In this document: positions 30,640 to 41,060 of the stretch, piece by piece
Position numbering within the stretch: the first letter of the stretch is position 1
Layout of the letters: each line of letters opens with the position of its first letter
DNA from: an uncultured Clostridia bacterium
Lineage (GTDB): Bacteria > Bacillota > Clostridia > Christensenellales > CAG-138
Direction: 5' to 3'
Assembly: GCA_944336475.1 (NCBI GenBank)
Contig: CALVLD010000005.1
Span: 26,905 to 90,904 of the forward strand
Length of the DNA stretch: 64,000 nucleotides
Notes under the pieces: generated by a model
The model's input: the letters and a program-made list of their open reading frames with translations, nothing else
Databases searched by the model: none
What the model was told of the DNA's origin: nothing
Made by a program: the position numbers and the translations under genes

Positions 30640-30861
30640 ATGGATACGCTTTCACTTATACTTATGATAATCGGCGCTCTGAACTGGGGACTGATAGGAA
30701 TTTTTCAGTTCGATGTCGTTGCCGCCATATTCGGAGGCATGAGCGCCATCGTTTCCAGAATTATCTATACCCTTGTCGGGCTTGCGGGCATATGGGGCAT
30801 AACCATGCTGTTCCGCAGGAGAAACAGGGCAACGATAATTAAGACCGACGACAAAGAGTGA
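30640..30861 (+). CDS. DUF378-like small membrane protein
   Basis: ATG 30640 follows GGAAAGGAG. The protein begins MDTLSLILMIIGALNWGLIGIFQFDVVAAIFGG..., a typical DUF378 signature (from memory). Confidence 0.82.
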   Translation: MDTLSLILMIIGALNWGLIGIFQFDVVAAIFGGMSAIVSRIIYTLVGLAGIWGITMLFRRRNRATIIKTDDKE

Positions 30862-30926
30862 TGAACAATAAGGGCATACGACCTGTCATACGGCCATATG
30901 CCCCGCTTCTATTGTGGTGATAAATG

Positions 30927-31433
30927 TCAGTCGGCAAGCCTGCCGCAGCACTTTTTGAACTTTTTGCCGCTTCCGCAAGGGCACGGATCATTCGGGCCGG
31001 TCTTTTTGTCGGCTACGAAAACCTTTGAGGAACGCCAATTGCGCAGTATCTCCCGACGCTTATCGGACGGGAGCACGCCGTCCCACTCAGGCAGCTCATA
31101 CAACCAGGGGGCCTTTGCCTCCAGCATGTTGAAGTAGAGCTTCTCATAGTCGATATCGAGGGTGATCTCCGTGTCATGCTCGATCGACTCGAGATCAAGC
31201 TGCTGAACAAGGCTCGCATTTATGCCGTCGAGGAAGCCCATGAAATAGGTCTTATCCCAGCTGAACTCAGCCGCAAGCTCGTCAAAAGTACCGCAATGGG
31301 TGATTTCATGCTTCGAAAGAAGGCGCTGATAAAGCTCCTTTTCGGTCTCAAAATACCCGTCCCAGAACAGAGCATGCTCGTGCTCGTCACGCTGCGCCGA
31401 CGCCAGATTCTGCCAATCGGAATAAAGGCTCAT
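30927..31433 (-). CDS. SEC-C motif domain protein
   Basis: 168 aa with a C-terminal [14 protein letters not shown] metal-binding SEC-C motif. Confidence 0.8.
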   Translation of the reverse strand: MSLYSDWQNLASAQRDEHEHALFWDGYFETEKELYQRLLSKHEITHCGTFDELAAEFSWDKTYFMGFLDGINASLVQQLDLESIEHDTEITLDIDYEKLYFNMLEAKAPWLYELPEWDGVLPSDKRREILRNWRSSKVFVADKKTGPNDPCPCGSGKKFKKCCGRLAD

Positions 31434-31451
31434 TGATATCCTCCGGTCTTA

Positions 31452-32666
31452 TCAGGCAAGGAGCTTCTCAAGGTTCTCTTTGATCTTGAGGATGAAGCCC
31501 TCGGTGGTTTCAACATGCTTATCCTCCATGTCGGCAAGCAGAGCGAGATCCTTCGTCATATGACCGCTCTTGATGGTGTCCAGCGAAGCCTTTTCAAGCA
31601 TATCGGCAAAGTGTACAAGCTCGGGCAGATCATCAAGCTCGCCCCTCTTTCGCAGAGCGCCGCTCCATGCAAATATGGTGGCCATGGAGTTTGTGGAGGT
31701 CGTCTCGCCGTCACGATACCTGTAGTAGTGCTTGGTTACGGTACCGTGAGCCGCCTCATACTCATAATTGCCGTCGGGAGAAACGAGCACGCTCGTCATC
31801 ATTGCAAGACTGCCGAATGCTGTGGCGACCATGTCGCTCATAACGTCGCCGTCATAGTTCTTACAAGCCCAGATGAAGCCGCCTTCAGAGCGGATAACGC
31901 GGGCAACGGCGTCGTCGATGAGGGTATAGAAGTAGGTGATGCCGGCTTCCTCGAACTTTGCCTTGTAGCTCTCTTCGTAGATCTTCTGGAATATCTCCTT
32001 GAAGGTATGGTCGTATTTCTTGGAGATGGTGTCCTTTGCGGAGAACCACAGATCCTGCTTTGTGGAAAGCGCAAACTGGAAGCAGGCGTGTGCGAAGCTC
32101 TCGATGGAATCATCCTTGTTGTACATGCCCATGAGAACGCCGGGACACTTGAAATCAAACACGGTCTCATCGAAAAGGACATTGCCGTCCTTATCGGTGA
32201 ATTTAAGCTCTGCCTTACCGGCGGTGGGAACACGGAACTCAGTATCCTTATAGATATCACCATACGCATGACGGGCGATGGTTATGGGCTTCTTCCATGA
32301 ACGGACGGATGGCTTGAGGCAATCCATCGTGATCGGGGTGCGAAACACAGTGCCGTCAAGAATAGCACGGATGGTGCCGTTGGGACTCTTGTACATCCTC
32401 TTGAGGCTGTACTCAGTCATGCGCTGATTGTTAGGAGTGATGGTTGCGCACTTGACGCCCACGCCGTATTTCTTGCAGGCGTTGGCGGCATCGATCGTGA
32501 TCTGGTCGTCTGTTTCGTCACGCTTAACAAGGCCGAGATCATAGTACTCCGTCTTAAGGTCAACGAACGGGCAAATGAGGTGCTCCTTAAGCATAGCCCA
32601 AATGACTCGGGTCATTTCGTCGCCGTCCATCTCAACGAGAGGGGTTTTCATCTGAATCTTCGCCAT
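31452..32666 (-). CDS. icd: NADP-dependent isocitrate dehydrogenase (eukaryote-like homodimeric type)
   Basis: 404 aa, colinear in length and sequence with the cytosolic-type IDH family (..[10 protein letters not shown].., ..GTVTKHYR..). Confidence 0.93.
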   Translation of the reverse strand: MAKIQMKTPLVEMDGDEMTRVIWAMLKEHLICPFVDLKTEYYDLGLVKRDETDDQITIDAANACKKYGVGVKCATITPNNQRMTEYSLKRMYKSPNGTIRAILDGTVFRTPITMDCLKPSVRSWKKPITIARHAYGDIYKDTEFRVPTAGKAELKFTDKDGNVLFDETVFDFKCPGVLMGMYNKDDSIESFAHACFQFALSTKQDLWFSAKDTISKKYDHTFKEIFQKIYEESYKAKFEEAGITYFYTLIDDAVARVIRSEGGFIWACKNYDGDVMSDMVATAFGSLAMMTSVLVSPDGNYEYEAAHGTVTKHYYRYRDGETTSTNSMATIFAWSGALRKRGELDDLPELVHFADMLEKASLDTIKSGHMTKDLALLADMEDKHVETTEGFILKIKENLEKLLA

Positions 32667-32732
32667 GAAAAAAATCTCCTTTTCACAAGCACTTTTTGTT
32701 ATATTTGAATGCCTTGCGGCAATTCATCGGGG

Positions 32733-33224
32733 TCAGTTTTTCTCCTCAAGGGGAACCTCGGAGGTACAGTGCGGGCAACGGGTGGCATCGTCTGCAATCT
32801 CCTGCCGGCAGTACGGGCAAAGACGCACGGGCTTCGCAGGATTTATATCCTCCTTCTTTTTTCCGAGTTCGCCGGCCCTCCTTATCAGGGAGACGATGGC
32901 AAATATGATTATCGCAATCAGCAGGAAGTTAATCACAGCAGCGATAAAATTGCCGTATGACAGCACGGTTGCACCGGCGGCCTTTGCTTCATCAAGCGCC
33001 ATGCCCGTTACATCAACGCCTTCGGGAGACTTGAGCACGAGAAAAATTTGATCAAGATTTTTCGTATTCACGATCAGCCCCAACACCGGCATAAAGACAT
33101 CGTTAACCAACGAGTTGACTATGCTGCTGAACGCACCGCCGATCATAACGCCGACAGCCATGTCAAGTACGTTGCCCTTGAATGCAAACTTCTTGAACTC
33201 TTGGATTACATTTTTCTTAGCCAT
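32733..33224 (-). CDS. mscL: large-conductance mechanosensitive channel with C-terminal zinc-ribbon-like extension
   Basis: N-terminal EFKKFAFKGNVLDMAVGVMIGGAF is the MscL signature. The C-terminus carries CPYC...CPHC. Confidence 0.9.
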   Translation of the reverse strand: MAKKNVIQEFKKFAFKGNVLDMAVGVMIGGAFSSIVNSLVNDVFMPVLGLIVNTKNLDQIFLVLKSPEGVDVTGMALDEAKAAGATVLSYGNFIAAVINFLLIAIIIFAIVSLIRRAGELGKKKEDINPAKPVRLCPYCRQEIADDATRCPHCTSEVPLEEKN

Positions 33225-33304
33225 GCGAAAACCTCCTACCGTATATCGGGTATAGAATATCCCAAGTAGGAGATTTTTTCAATAGTTTTGGGAAAATATA
33301 ACTT

Positions 33305-33466
33305 TTATCCGTTGTTTGCCACCGTCAGTATCGAAACGGCTGCTACGGCTGCGGCCAGCAGAACTCCGCCGATTGATGCCACCGCACGACGAGTCTTGAT
33401 GCAGTGAACTATGTAACAGACATTGTACGCAAAGCATAGAGCGGCAAATATGTTATAGGCGATCAT
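33305..33466 (-). CDS. 53-aa two-TM peptide downstream of gerAC (possible germinant-receptor D-type subunit)
   Basis: ATG 33466 lies 8 nt after AAGGAG. It translates to MIAYNIFAALCFAYNVCYIVHCIKTRRAVASIGGVLLAAAVAAVSILTVANNG. Same strand as the ger operon, starting 12 nt after the gerAC stop, and below the ORF-track cutoff. Confidence 0.4.
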   Translation of the reverse strand: MIAYNIFAALCFAYNVCYIVHCIKTRRAVASIGGVLLAAAVAAVSILTVANNG

Positions 33467-33477
33467 AGTAACACTCC

Positions 33478-34695
33478 TTATCTGAGATTCTCCGTACTCT
33501 GCTTGTCATCTATTATTATTTTGATATCAAATACGACGTTGACGTTTTTGAACCGTGACTTCCAATCATACTCCTGCCATTCGGACACCGACGTGAAGCA
33601 CATGGAGGCGAGCCTGCCTATCTGCATCGCATCGCTGTTTGCCTCCTTGCACTTGGCCACAACGTCAAGAAGCCTCTGACGTATCTGCTCCATGCCGGCA
33701 CTGTTCAGCCACTCCGCCGCCTCAAGCTCGTTCATCTCGCCCTTTTGCAGTATGCTTGCGTTTAGAGTTAAGCGGATATCCGCCGTTATCTCGTCCGAAT
33801 ATAGAGTATCCCTGCGCATGCTTTGCTCCGTGTCGCCAAGCTCGAGCATTATGACTATCTGCGCGCCGTCATCGGTCTCGAACGTGAACGTGCCTGCCAC
33901 AAACCCTCCGCGTATCATGTGCAGATATTGGGTCTCCACGGCGTCAAGGACTCCAGTCATAGTCCAACCGTCGAACATGGCAACTCCGCTCGTAATCGAC
34001 TTGAGACCGCCGACATGATCGCCCGTTTCTACCTCCGCCAGCGGGTTTTCGCCCTCGCTCTCGTCAGTCTTTTGAGCCATATCGGTTATTATCTCATCAA
34101 TGTACACCCCGAGCGGAGCGCAGACGTCAAACCTCCTCTCGGCACACGCCTCGAAGAACGCCGCCACATTCGTTAATATCACCGCTCCCGTTCTCGACTG
34201 ATCGCGGAGCAGGGACGTCTGGAACTTGCTTATGTTTGCACTGTTATTGGCGCTGAGCCCGCCAAGGTATTCCGTAACGGTCTGCTCGGTTATAAGCACC
34301 AGCGCGGACTCTCGTATCCTGGTTTCGTTGTAGGACAGCGAAAGAAATTCCTCCATTGCTCCGCTCTCGGCAATTTTACGGCTGAACATGAAGAACTGTG
34401 TTCTTGAAAAGTGAAGATCGTAGGATATGTGGCCCTCGATCGTGTTTATTGCATCGAAAAGATTGTCCCCCTCCGCCGCAAGGAATATCGCTCCTCCGTC
34501 ATTTTCGTTTCCCTGTGCAAGGCTTGCGCGCTGCAATGCCATGGTCACATAGTACTTCTTTTCCTTGCCTTCGTCCACGCCTATCGATATTACATATCCG
34601 TAATTGTCAAGGGATACGGGGTTCAGACATGCCGTTATCAGCATTATGCTCATCAGCAGCAATGCTGCGATAATGCTTTTAATGACTGATTTCAT
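33478..34695 (-). CDS. spore germination protein, Ger(x)C lipoprotein family
   Basis: 405 aa with a signal peptide and LITAC lipobox. Third gene of an A-B-C germinant receptor operon. Confidence 0.87.
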   Translation of the reverse strand: MKSVIKSIIAALLLMSIMLITACLNPVSLDNYGYVISIGVDEGKEKKYYVTMALQRASLAQGNENDGGAIFLAAEGDNLFDAINTIEGHISYDLHFSRTQFFMFSRKIAESGAMEEFLSLSYNETRIRESALVLITEQTVTEYLGGLSANNSANISKFQTSLLRDQSRTGAVILTNVAAFFEACAERRFDVCAPLGVYIDEIITDMAQKTDESEGENPLAEVETGDHVGGLKSITSGVAMFDGWTMTGVLDAVETQYLHMIRGGFVAGTFTFETDDGAQIVIMLELGDTEQSMRRDTLYSDEITADIRLTLNASILQKGEMNELEAAEWLNSAGMEQIRQRLLDVVAKCKEANSDAMQIGRLASMCFTSVSEWQEYDWKSRFKNVNVVFDIKIIIDDKQSTENLR

Positions 34696-35797
34696 TTGGC
34701 TGCGTCTCCTTTTTCTTTTTTATCAGCGATATTATGGCCGTTACGGCAAGCGGAACCGCCGCAAGCAGCGCACCGTATCTTGTGAACAGATACCTTATCT
34801 CTTTCTCCTTTTCCGGGGCCATGTTTAGTGCGGTGAGTATGATGCCGAGTGTTATGCTCGACAACGCAGCTATCGAAGGATTTACGTCCTTCTGGGAAAA
34901 GGATCCGGCGTACAAAAGCGAAGCTGCGTATAGCGAGAATGCCGAAGAGATAATGGCTCCGTTCAGCCATACCATAGCAAAGAGCTTGTCGAATCGCAGA
35001 AAATGACTCTCGGCAAGGTTAAGAAAGTTTATCTTGTACAGCGGCATAAACGAGTCGGCAAGCGTTTGGTAGGTGTATACAAACGATATGGATAGCTGTG
35101 TAAGGCCGCACACAAGTGCTGCGACGAGCCCTGCGGACAGTCCGATGCGCTGCGCATGCTCGACGCCGTGCATACTCCTGCAGGTTATCAGCAGCGCCGT
35201 GAGCGGAGGCAGAAACGAGAATGTCTGCGAGGCGGTAAAGCTCGCAAAGTGCGCTGCCCCGTCACCAAGTATCGGATACAGGCGATATGTCTCATATGTT
35301 GGTGCAGATGATGCTACTACAATTACAAGCATGGCAAGCATCAGCCATACATAGCACTTTGCGACTCTGCCTATTGTCTCCGTCCCTTGCCATGCGATTA
35401 TCACTATGATCGGTATTATGAACGCAAGTATCTCCATGTAGCCAGAATTGCTGTACACTATGCCGTGCAGCAGCTCCACAAACTGTATGATTGGAACGAT
35501 GCCTCCGATGATAAGCGCAAGCATGAGCGGAATGGCAAACACCTTGGATAGCACCCCACCCAGACTGCCCCTCATCAATCCCTCAAGGCTATCGGCTCCC
35601 CTATGCTTCATTGCGGCGGCCACGAGCAGAAAAAGGCAGAGCGACAACAGTGCGGAGAGAGGCAGCGACAGGTACGTTGAATTGCCCTTTGAGTATGCGT
35701 ATTCCGGATCTATGGAAAACACTCCGTTTATACAGAGTGCGGTCGCAGTGACAGCAATGCCCTCCTGTATGCCTATCCGTCCTTCCTTATACTTCAT
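34679..35797 (-). CDS. spore germination protein, GerAB/permease-like subunit
   Basis: 372 aa polytopic membrane protein. It overlaps both neighbours, consistent with operon coupling. Confidence 0.87.
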   Translation of the reverse strand: MKYKEGRIGIQEGIAVTATALCINGVFSIDPEYAYSKGNSTYLSLPLSALLSLCLFLLVAAAMKHRGADSLEGLMRGSLGGVLSKVFAIPLMLALIIGGIVPIIQFVELLHGIVYSNSGYMEILAFIIPIIVIIAWQGTETIGRVAKCYVWLMLAMLVIVVASSAPTYETYRLYPILGDGAAHFASFTASQTFSFLPPLTALLITCRSMHGVEHAQRIGLSAGLVAALVCGLTQLSISFVYTYQTLADSFMPLYKINFLNLAESHFLRFDKLFAMVWLNGAIISSAFSLYAASLLYAGSFSQKDVNPSIAALSSITLGIILTALNMAPEKEKEIRYLFTRYGALLAAVPLAVTAIISLIKKKKETQPNEISH

Positions 35798-37404
35798 CGT
35801 CTCTTCTCCTTCTTCAGCGTGTCGTCATATGTGTTTAGGTAGTCGTCCCCCCTTAGGTGCATGCCCAATGCACCTCTGAGTATCGCAGGACGCTTTGTAT
35901 ATGTTTTAGGCGCAAAGGGGGCGAGGAACGGTACGCCGAAGCTCTTCATCCCGGCAAGACAGCATACAGCAAGCATGGTTGCTGCGGTAATGCCTATAAG
36001 TCCCCCCATCCATGCGGCGATAACCAACGCAAGGCGAAGATAGGATGCCGCTATCTGTGTGGAATAGTCGGGTATGCAGAAGTTTCCCAACCCCGAGAGT
36101 GCTACGACAATCAGCACTACCGAGCTTGCCAGGTTTGCGGTGACCGCAGCCTGGCCCAGTATCAGGCCGCCTATTATACCTATCGCCTGCCCTATCCCTC
36201 CGGGCACCCTTATGCCTGCTTCACGGATCATCTGGAACACAAGCAGCAGGAGTATCAATTCCGTTGCAATGGGTTCAAATACCATCTCTCGGGAGGCTAT
36301 GACCGTGCTCAGCACCTCGGTCGACATGAGCCCCTGATGATAGAGCGCCATGGCCAGAAAGAATCCCGGAAGCATCACCGATATAAGCGCGCCTACATAG
36401 CGTACCACACGCAAGACAGTGCCGAGCGGTCTGCGTATGTAGACATCCTCCGGGCTGTTCATGAGCGTTGAAAACGTAATCGGCATTATGAGCGCAAACG
36501 GGCTCCCCTCGACTATCACTCCGACGCATCCTTGCATGATGTGCGAGCAGGCCCTGTCGGGTCTTTCCGTGGACAGCGTCTGCGGTATCGGAGCCCATGA
36601 GTTGTCCTCTATAAGCTGCTCCAGCGCGCCGCTGCTTATTATGGTTCTGATGTTGATGCCGGCAAGCCTCTGCTTCACCTCGTCGACAAGCGTTTGATTC
36701 GTGATTCCATGCCTGTAGATTATGGCGAGACGTGTGTTGTTGTCGCCCCCCGTGAGGCGTGTTTCCACGACAAGGTCATCGCTGTGTATTATTCGCCTGA
36801 CCAACGTTATGTTGGTGCGCAGGCTTTCGGTAAAGCCCTCCTTGGGGCCTCTCACGACCTTTTCGTTTTCAGTATTGCTTACCGCACGTTTTTCAAATCC
36901 GTGCGTCTCAAGCATTGCACAGCATGAATCGCCGTCAATAAACAGCGCTGTCAGCCCGTCCATAACGCCGAGCTTAACACTTGTCAGATCGGACTTTATG
37001 TTAATTTCCGATATCTGAAGCACGTTCAGCGACAGATACGCTATGTCGATGTTTTCGTTCTTCGGGAGCTTTGCCTGCATGAGCGGCCGAAGTATGAAAT
37101 CGTTTATCCTGTTGTCGGCCGCCATGCCGTTCATATAGGCGAGAAGGCAGAGCCTTCTCTCGCCGATAGAAAAGCGGCGGAGTATAATATCCCTGTTTAT
37201 GTCAACACGAAAAAGCTCTCTGAGCCGCTTCTCAACAGCGTCGATACCGTTTGGTATAGCCTCGTCGGCCGGCGGCTCCTGCGCTCGTATGTCCCTCCAG
37301 CCGCCGAGCTTTTCCGGGCTTCCCTGCTCCCTTTCGAGCAGCTCATATTCTGCTTTTGCTTCATCGAATTGAAACAGCCCCCGTATGCTGCTTTTAATGT
37401 TCAT
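35794..37404 (-). CDS. spore germination protein, GerAA-family subunit
   Basis: About 536 aa: a soluble N-terminal domain plus a C-terminal TM bundle. Start is ATG 37404, 5 nt after GGAGGAG. Confidence 0.9.
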   Translation of the reverse strand: MNIKSSIRGLFQFDEAKAEYELLEREQGSPEKLGGWRDIRAQEPPADEAIPNGIDAVEKRLRELFRVDINRDIILRRFSIGERRLCLLAYMNGMAADNRINDFILRPLMQAKLPKNENIDIAYLSLNVLQISEINIKSDLTSVKLGVMDGLTALFIDGDSCCAMLETHGFEKRAVSNTENEKVVRGPKEGFTESLRTNITLVRRIIHSDDLVVETRLTGGDNNTRLAIIYRHGITNQTLVDEVKQRLAGINIRTIISSGALEQLIEDNSWAPIPQTLSTERPDRACSHIMQGCVGVIVEGSPFALIMPITFSTLMNSPEDVYIRRPLGTVLRVVRYVGALISVMLPGFFLAMALYHQGLMSTEVLSTVIASREMVFEPIATELILLLLVFQMIREAGIRVPGGIGQAIGIIGGLILGQAAVTANLASSVVLIVVALSGLGNFCIPDYSTQIAASYLRLALVIAAWMGGLIGITAATMLAVCCLAGMKSFGVPFLAPFAPKTYTKRPAILRGALGMHLRGDDYLNTYDDTLKKEKRR

Positions 37405-37563
37405 GCGCTCCTCCATGAATATAGTATCCGGTATTGAGTATTTGCCGTTTTGCTGAAATATATTAGCAAATATACTGTATTTGGATGTTACGATAATTTA
37501 TAATGTAGACGTGATGGTACCACTACGGTTCACTCCACTTAAACGTATAAGGAGGTATTAGAC

Positions 37564-39288
37564 TTGAAACAGCTTTTGCTCGGCAATGAGGCAATCGCCC
37601 GGGGCGCTTACGAAGCAGGCGTTCGCGTATCGAGCGCATATCCGGGAACACCCAGCACGGAGATTAACGAGAACATCGCCAACTACAAGGAGATATACTC
37701 GGAGTGGGCTCCCAATGAGAAGGTCGCCGTTGAAGTCGCCCTCGGTGCGGCTGTGAGCGGTGCAAGAAGCATGGCCTGCATGAAGCACGTCGGCTTGAAT
37801 GTTGCAGCTGATCCTTTCTTTACCGCCACCTACACCGGCGTTAACGCGGGTATGGTCGTGGTCGTTGCGGACGATCCGGGTATGCACTCCTCTCAGAATG
37901 AGCAGGACACACGCCTTCTGGCAAGGGCATCCCATGCGCCGTGTCTCGACCCCTCAAGTTCCCAGGAGTGTAAGGATTTTATGAAACTCGCCTTTGAGAT
38001 AAGCGAGGAGTATGACACCCCCGTTATCGTAAGGCTCACGACCCGCATCGCACACGCAAGGACGCTCGTCGAGCTTGGTGAGCGTGAGGTTCCCGAGCTT
38101 CGGGAATACAAGAAGGATATTCGCAAGTATGTTTCCATGCCTGCCAATATGATCGGCCGCCACAAGGCGGTTGAGGCGCGTGAGATCCGTCTTGCCGAGG
38201 ATGCCAACACCCTCTCTGTGAACAGAATCGAGTGGGCTTCTCGCAAGGTTGGCGTTATCACATCCGGCGCGGCCTATAACTATGTTAAGGAGGCCATGCC
38301 GGACGCTTCCGTGCTGAAGCTCGGCCTTGCCTATCCCCTGCCCCGCAAGCTTATAGAGGAGTTTGCAGCAGGAGTTGAGACCCTCTATGTTATCGAGGAC
38401 ATGGAGCCGTTCTATGAGGACACCGTAAAGTCCTGGGGCATCGCCTGCTCCGGCAAGGACAAGACCGGCGTTCAGGGCGAGCTCTTCATGAAGAAGATAG
38501 ATGAAAAGTTCAACAATGCTCCCGAGGCCGGGCCTGCGAACACTCCTGGCGTCCCCAACCGTCCTCCCGTACTCTGTCCCGGATGCCCGCACAGGGGTCT
38601 TTACTACATCCTCGGCAAGCTGAAGCTGACGGTCTGCTCCGATATCGGCTGCTACACTCTCGGCGCACTTCCGCCGCTCAGCGGTGTAGACACCTGCGTG
38701 TGCATGGGTGCATCCATTGGAATGGCTCACGGCATGGAGAAGGCAAGAGGGCATGAGCAGGCAAAGAAGACCGTTGCCGTGCTCGGCGACTCCACATTCT
38801 GCCACAGCGGCATGACGGGGCTTCTCAACATGGCGTACAACCGTGCCGTCGGCACTGTCATAATCGCCGACAACTCCATCACCGGCATGACCGGCCATCA
38901 GAACAACCCTGCAAACGGCCTCGACATACACGGAGAGCCCACCACGCAGCTCGATATAGTCAAGCTGTGCGAGGCTATGGGCGTTGCAAGCGTCCGTGTG
39001 GTGGATCCGTTCGACCTCAAGGAGCTTGAGGCGGTGCTGCGTGAGGAGACCGCTCGTGAGGCGCTCTCCGTCATAATCACACGCCGTCCGTGTGCGCTTA
39101 TAGTCAAGCAGAACAATCCCGTGTATGCATGCGATCCCGATAAGTGCCGCAACTGCGGTATGTGCATGAGGATCGGCTGCCCTGCCATAATCAAGACGGC
39201 GACCGGCGTGAGGATCGACCCGACTCAATGCGTTGGCTGCGGTCTCTGCGGTCAGCTTTGTCACTTTGGCGCACTGCGTGCCGAGTAA
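37564..39288 (+). CDS. iorA: indolepyruvate:ferredoxin oxidoreductase alpha subunit
   Basis: 574 aa. TTG start lies 8 nt after AAGGAGG. It has a TPP-binding region and two C-terminal 4Fe-4S motifs (CRNCGMCMRIGCP, CVGCGLCGQLC). Confidence 0.9.
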   Translation: MKQLLLGNEAIARGAYEAGVRVSSAYPGTPSTEINENIANYKEIYSEWAPNEKVAVEVALGAAVSGARSMACMKHVGLNVAADPFFTATYTGVNAGMVVVVADDPGMHSSQNEQDTRLLARASHAPCLDPSSSQECKDFMKLAFEISEEYDTPVIVRLTTRIAHARTLVELGEREVPELREYKKDIRKYVSMPANMIGRHKAVEAREIRLAEDANTLSVNRIEWASRKVGVITSGAAYNYVKEAMPDASVLKLGLAYPLPRKLIEEFAAGVETLYVIEDMEPFYEDTVKSWGIACSGKDKTGVQGELFMKKIDEKFNNAPEAGPANTPGVPNRPPVLCPGCPHRGLYYILGKLKLTVCSDIGCYTLGALPPLSGVDTCVCMGASIGMAHGMEKARGHEQAKKTVAVLGDSTFCHSGMTGLLNMAYNRAVGTVIIADNSITGMTGHQNNPANGLDIHGEPTTQLDIVKLCEAMGVASVRVVDPFDLKELEAVLREETAREALSVIITRRPCALIVKQNNPVYACDPDKCRNCGMCMRIGCPAIIKTATGVRIDPTQCVGCGLCGQLCHFGALRAE

Positions 39289-39304
39289 AGAAACGGAGGT
39301 ATTT

Positions 39305-39874
39305 ATGTTCAACATCGTTATAGTAGGCGTGGGCGGACAGGGTACGCTCCTTGCCAGCAAAATACTTGGTCAGCTTGCGGTCAACAACGGTTATGACGTC
39401 CGTGTGAGCGAGGTTCACGGCATGAGCCAGCGGGGCGGCAGCGTGATAACCTACGTCCGCATAAGCGACGATGCCCCACTCTATTCCTCAATAGTGGAGC
39501 AGGGTCAGGCGGATGTCGTGCTTGCGTTTGAAAATCTTGAGGCGCTGCGTGCCCTGCCCTATGTCAGGGACGGCGGCACGGTGATAGTCAACACGCAGGA
39601 GATACTCCCGATGCCCGTCATCACCGGCTCTGCTGAGTATCCCTCCGATTGTCTTGAGCGTGTGCGTGAGAGGTGCAAGACCATTGAGCTCAACGCCGTG
39701 GAGATCGCACATGAGTGCGGCACATACAAGGCGTCGAACGTAGTGCTTCTGGGCGTGCTCGCAAAGACGATGCCCTTTGGTGCCGATGAATGGATCAGGG
39801 CAATTGAGCAGTGCGTAAAACCCAAATTCCTCAACGTCAACATAGAAGCTTTCAACAGGGGCTACAATTACTGA
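39305..39874 (+). CDS. iorB: indolepyruvate:ferredoxin oxidoreductase beta subunit
   Basis: MFNIVIVGVGGQGTLLASKILG... is the typical IorB N-terminus. ATG 39305 follows GGAGG. Confidence 0.9.
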   Translation: MFNIVIVGVGGQGTLLASKILGQLAVNNGYDVRVSEVHGMSQRGGSVITYVRISDDAPLYSSIVEQGQADVVLAFENLEALRALPYVRDGGTVIVNTQEILPMPVITGSAEYPSDCLERVRERCKTIELNAVEIAHECGTYKASNVVLLGVLAKTMPFGADEWIRAIEQCVKPKFLNVNIEAFNRGYNY

Positions 39875-39876
39875 TT

Positions 39877-41049
39877 ATGTACGACTTCAATACCATTATC
39901 GATCGTGCCGGCACCGGCTCGATTAAACTTGATGCAGCACCCGAGCCCGTAAAGGGCTCGTGCTTTGTACCTTTGACCATTGCCGACATGGAGTTTGCCA
40001 CCGCTCCTGCGATCACCCGTGCCATACAGAGGGCCGCAGAGCATGGCATATACGGTTACACCTATGCCGATAATGCGTATTTCAATGCCGTAAAGTCATG
40101 GCAGAGCTCCCGTCATTGCTGGGATGTATTCCCGGAGTGGCTCACCACCACGGCAGGCGTGGTGTCTGCACTCGGCATTGCCGTACGTTCCTTTACCGAG
40201 CCCGGCGAGGGTGTTATTATTCAGCCTCCTGTGTACCCTCCTTTTGCCTCAAGCGTTCTCAACAACGGGCGCAGGCTTGTTGAGAACCCTCTGTTGTTTG
40301 AAAACGGCGGTTACAAGATGGACTATGCTAATTTGGAAAGGAAATGTACCGAGCCCGATGTGAAGCTCATGCTGCTGTGCAGCCCTCATAATCCCGTTGG
40401 ACGTGTGTGGAGCCGTGAGGAGCTTGCCCGTGTTGCCGACATATGTCACAGAAACGGCGTCATAGTAGTGAGTGACGAGATTCACAACGATCTTATAATG
40501 CCCGGCAACACCCACACCGTGTTTGCAAAGCTGCCCAATGCGCTTGACAACTGCATAGTCTGCACTGCGGTCAGCAAGACATTCAATCTGGCAGGGCTCT
40601 CATGCTCCAACATATTTATCCCAAACAAGCAGCTGCGTGAGAGATTTTCAAAGCGTGCCAGGAATGAGTCGGGAGGCTGCGTGCCCTACTTTGCAAGGGC
40701 TGCGACTATAGCCGCCTATACCGAGGGTGCGGAATGGCTCGATTCCCTCATCACGACGGTTGATAACAACTTCAAGCTGATGTACCGTTTTGTTGAGGAG
40801 CATCTGCCCGAGCTATCCGTCATACGGGCAGAGGGTACATATCTTGCCTGGATGGACATGCGTTCACTGGGGCTTGACAACGATGCACTTGAAGCCCTTA
40901 TGCTCAAGGGCTACCTAGCTCTGGACGAGGGCTACATATTCGGAACTAACGGCGGAGGCTTTGAGCGGTGGAACCTTGCAATGCCCACGGAGCTGCTGCA
41001 TGGTGCGCTCGAACGGCTTGAGGCTGTCGTCCGCTCGCAGAGAGACTGA
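39877..41049 (+). CDS. patB: PLP-dependent C-S lyase (MalY/PatB family aminotransferase class I/II)
   Basis: 390 aa from ATG 39877 (MYDFNTIIDRAGTGSIKLD). PLP-lysine context SKTFNLAG. Confidence 0.87.
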   Translation: MYDFNTIIDRAGTGSIKLDAAPEPVKGSCFVPLTIADMEFATAPAITRAIQRAAEHGIYGYTYADNAYFNAVKSWQSSRHCWDVFPEWLTTTAGVVSALGIAVRSFTEPGEGVIIQPPVYPPFASSVLNNGRRLVENPLLFENGGYKMDYANLERKCTEPDVKLMLLCSPHNPVGRVWSREELARVADICHRNGVIVVSDEIHNDLIMPGNTHTVFAKLPNALDNCIVCTAVSKTFNLAGLSCSNIFIPNKQLRERFSKRARNESGGCVPYFARAATIAAYTEGAEWLDSLITTVDNNFKLMYRFVEEHLPELSVIRAEGTYLAWMDMRSLGLDNDALEALMLKGYLALDEGYIFGTNGGGFERWNLAMPTELLHGALERLEAVVRSQRD

Positions 41050-41060
41050 AGGGAGGTTAT

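Noticed and set aside
30160-30640. Possibility that the DnaA-box spacer is the chromosomal origin (oriC). Also noted: the divergent strand switch at 37417-37563, with genes mostly on the minus strand to the left and on the plus strand from 37.5 to 51 kb.
   Set aside because: There is no dnaA, dnaN, rpmH or rnpA nearby and only three strong boxes. I could not recognise a DnaA-trio or unwinding-element arrangement. The 37.4-kb spacer has no DnaA box at all. A 35-kb strand pattern is too short to call an origin. The boxes are kept as a regulatory or titration-cluster hypothesis only.
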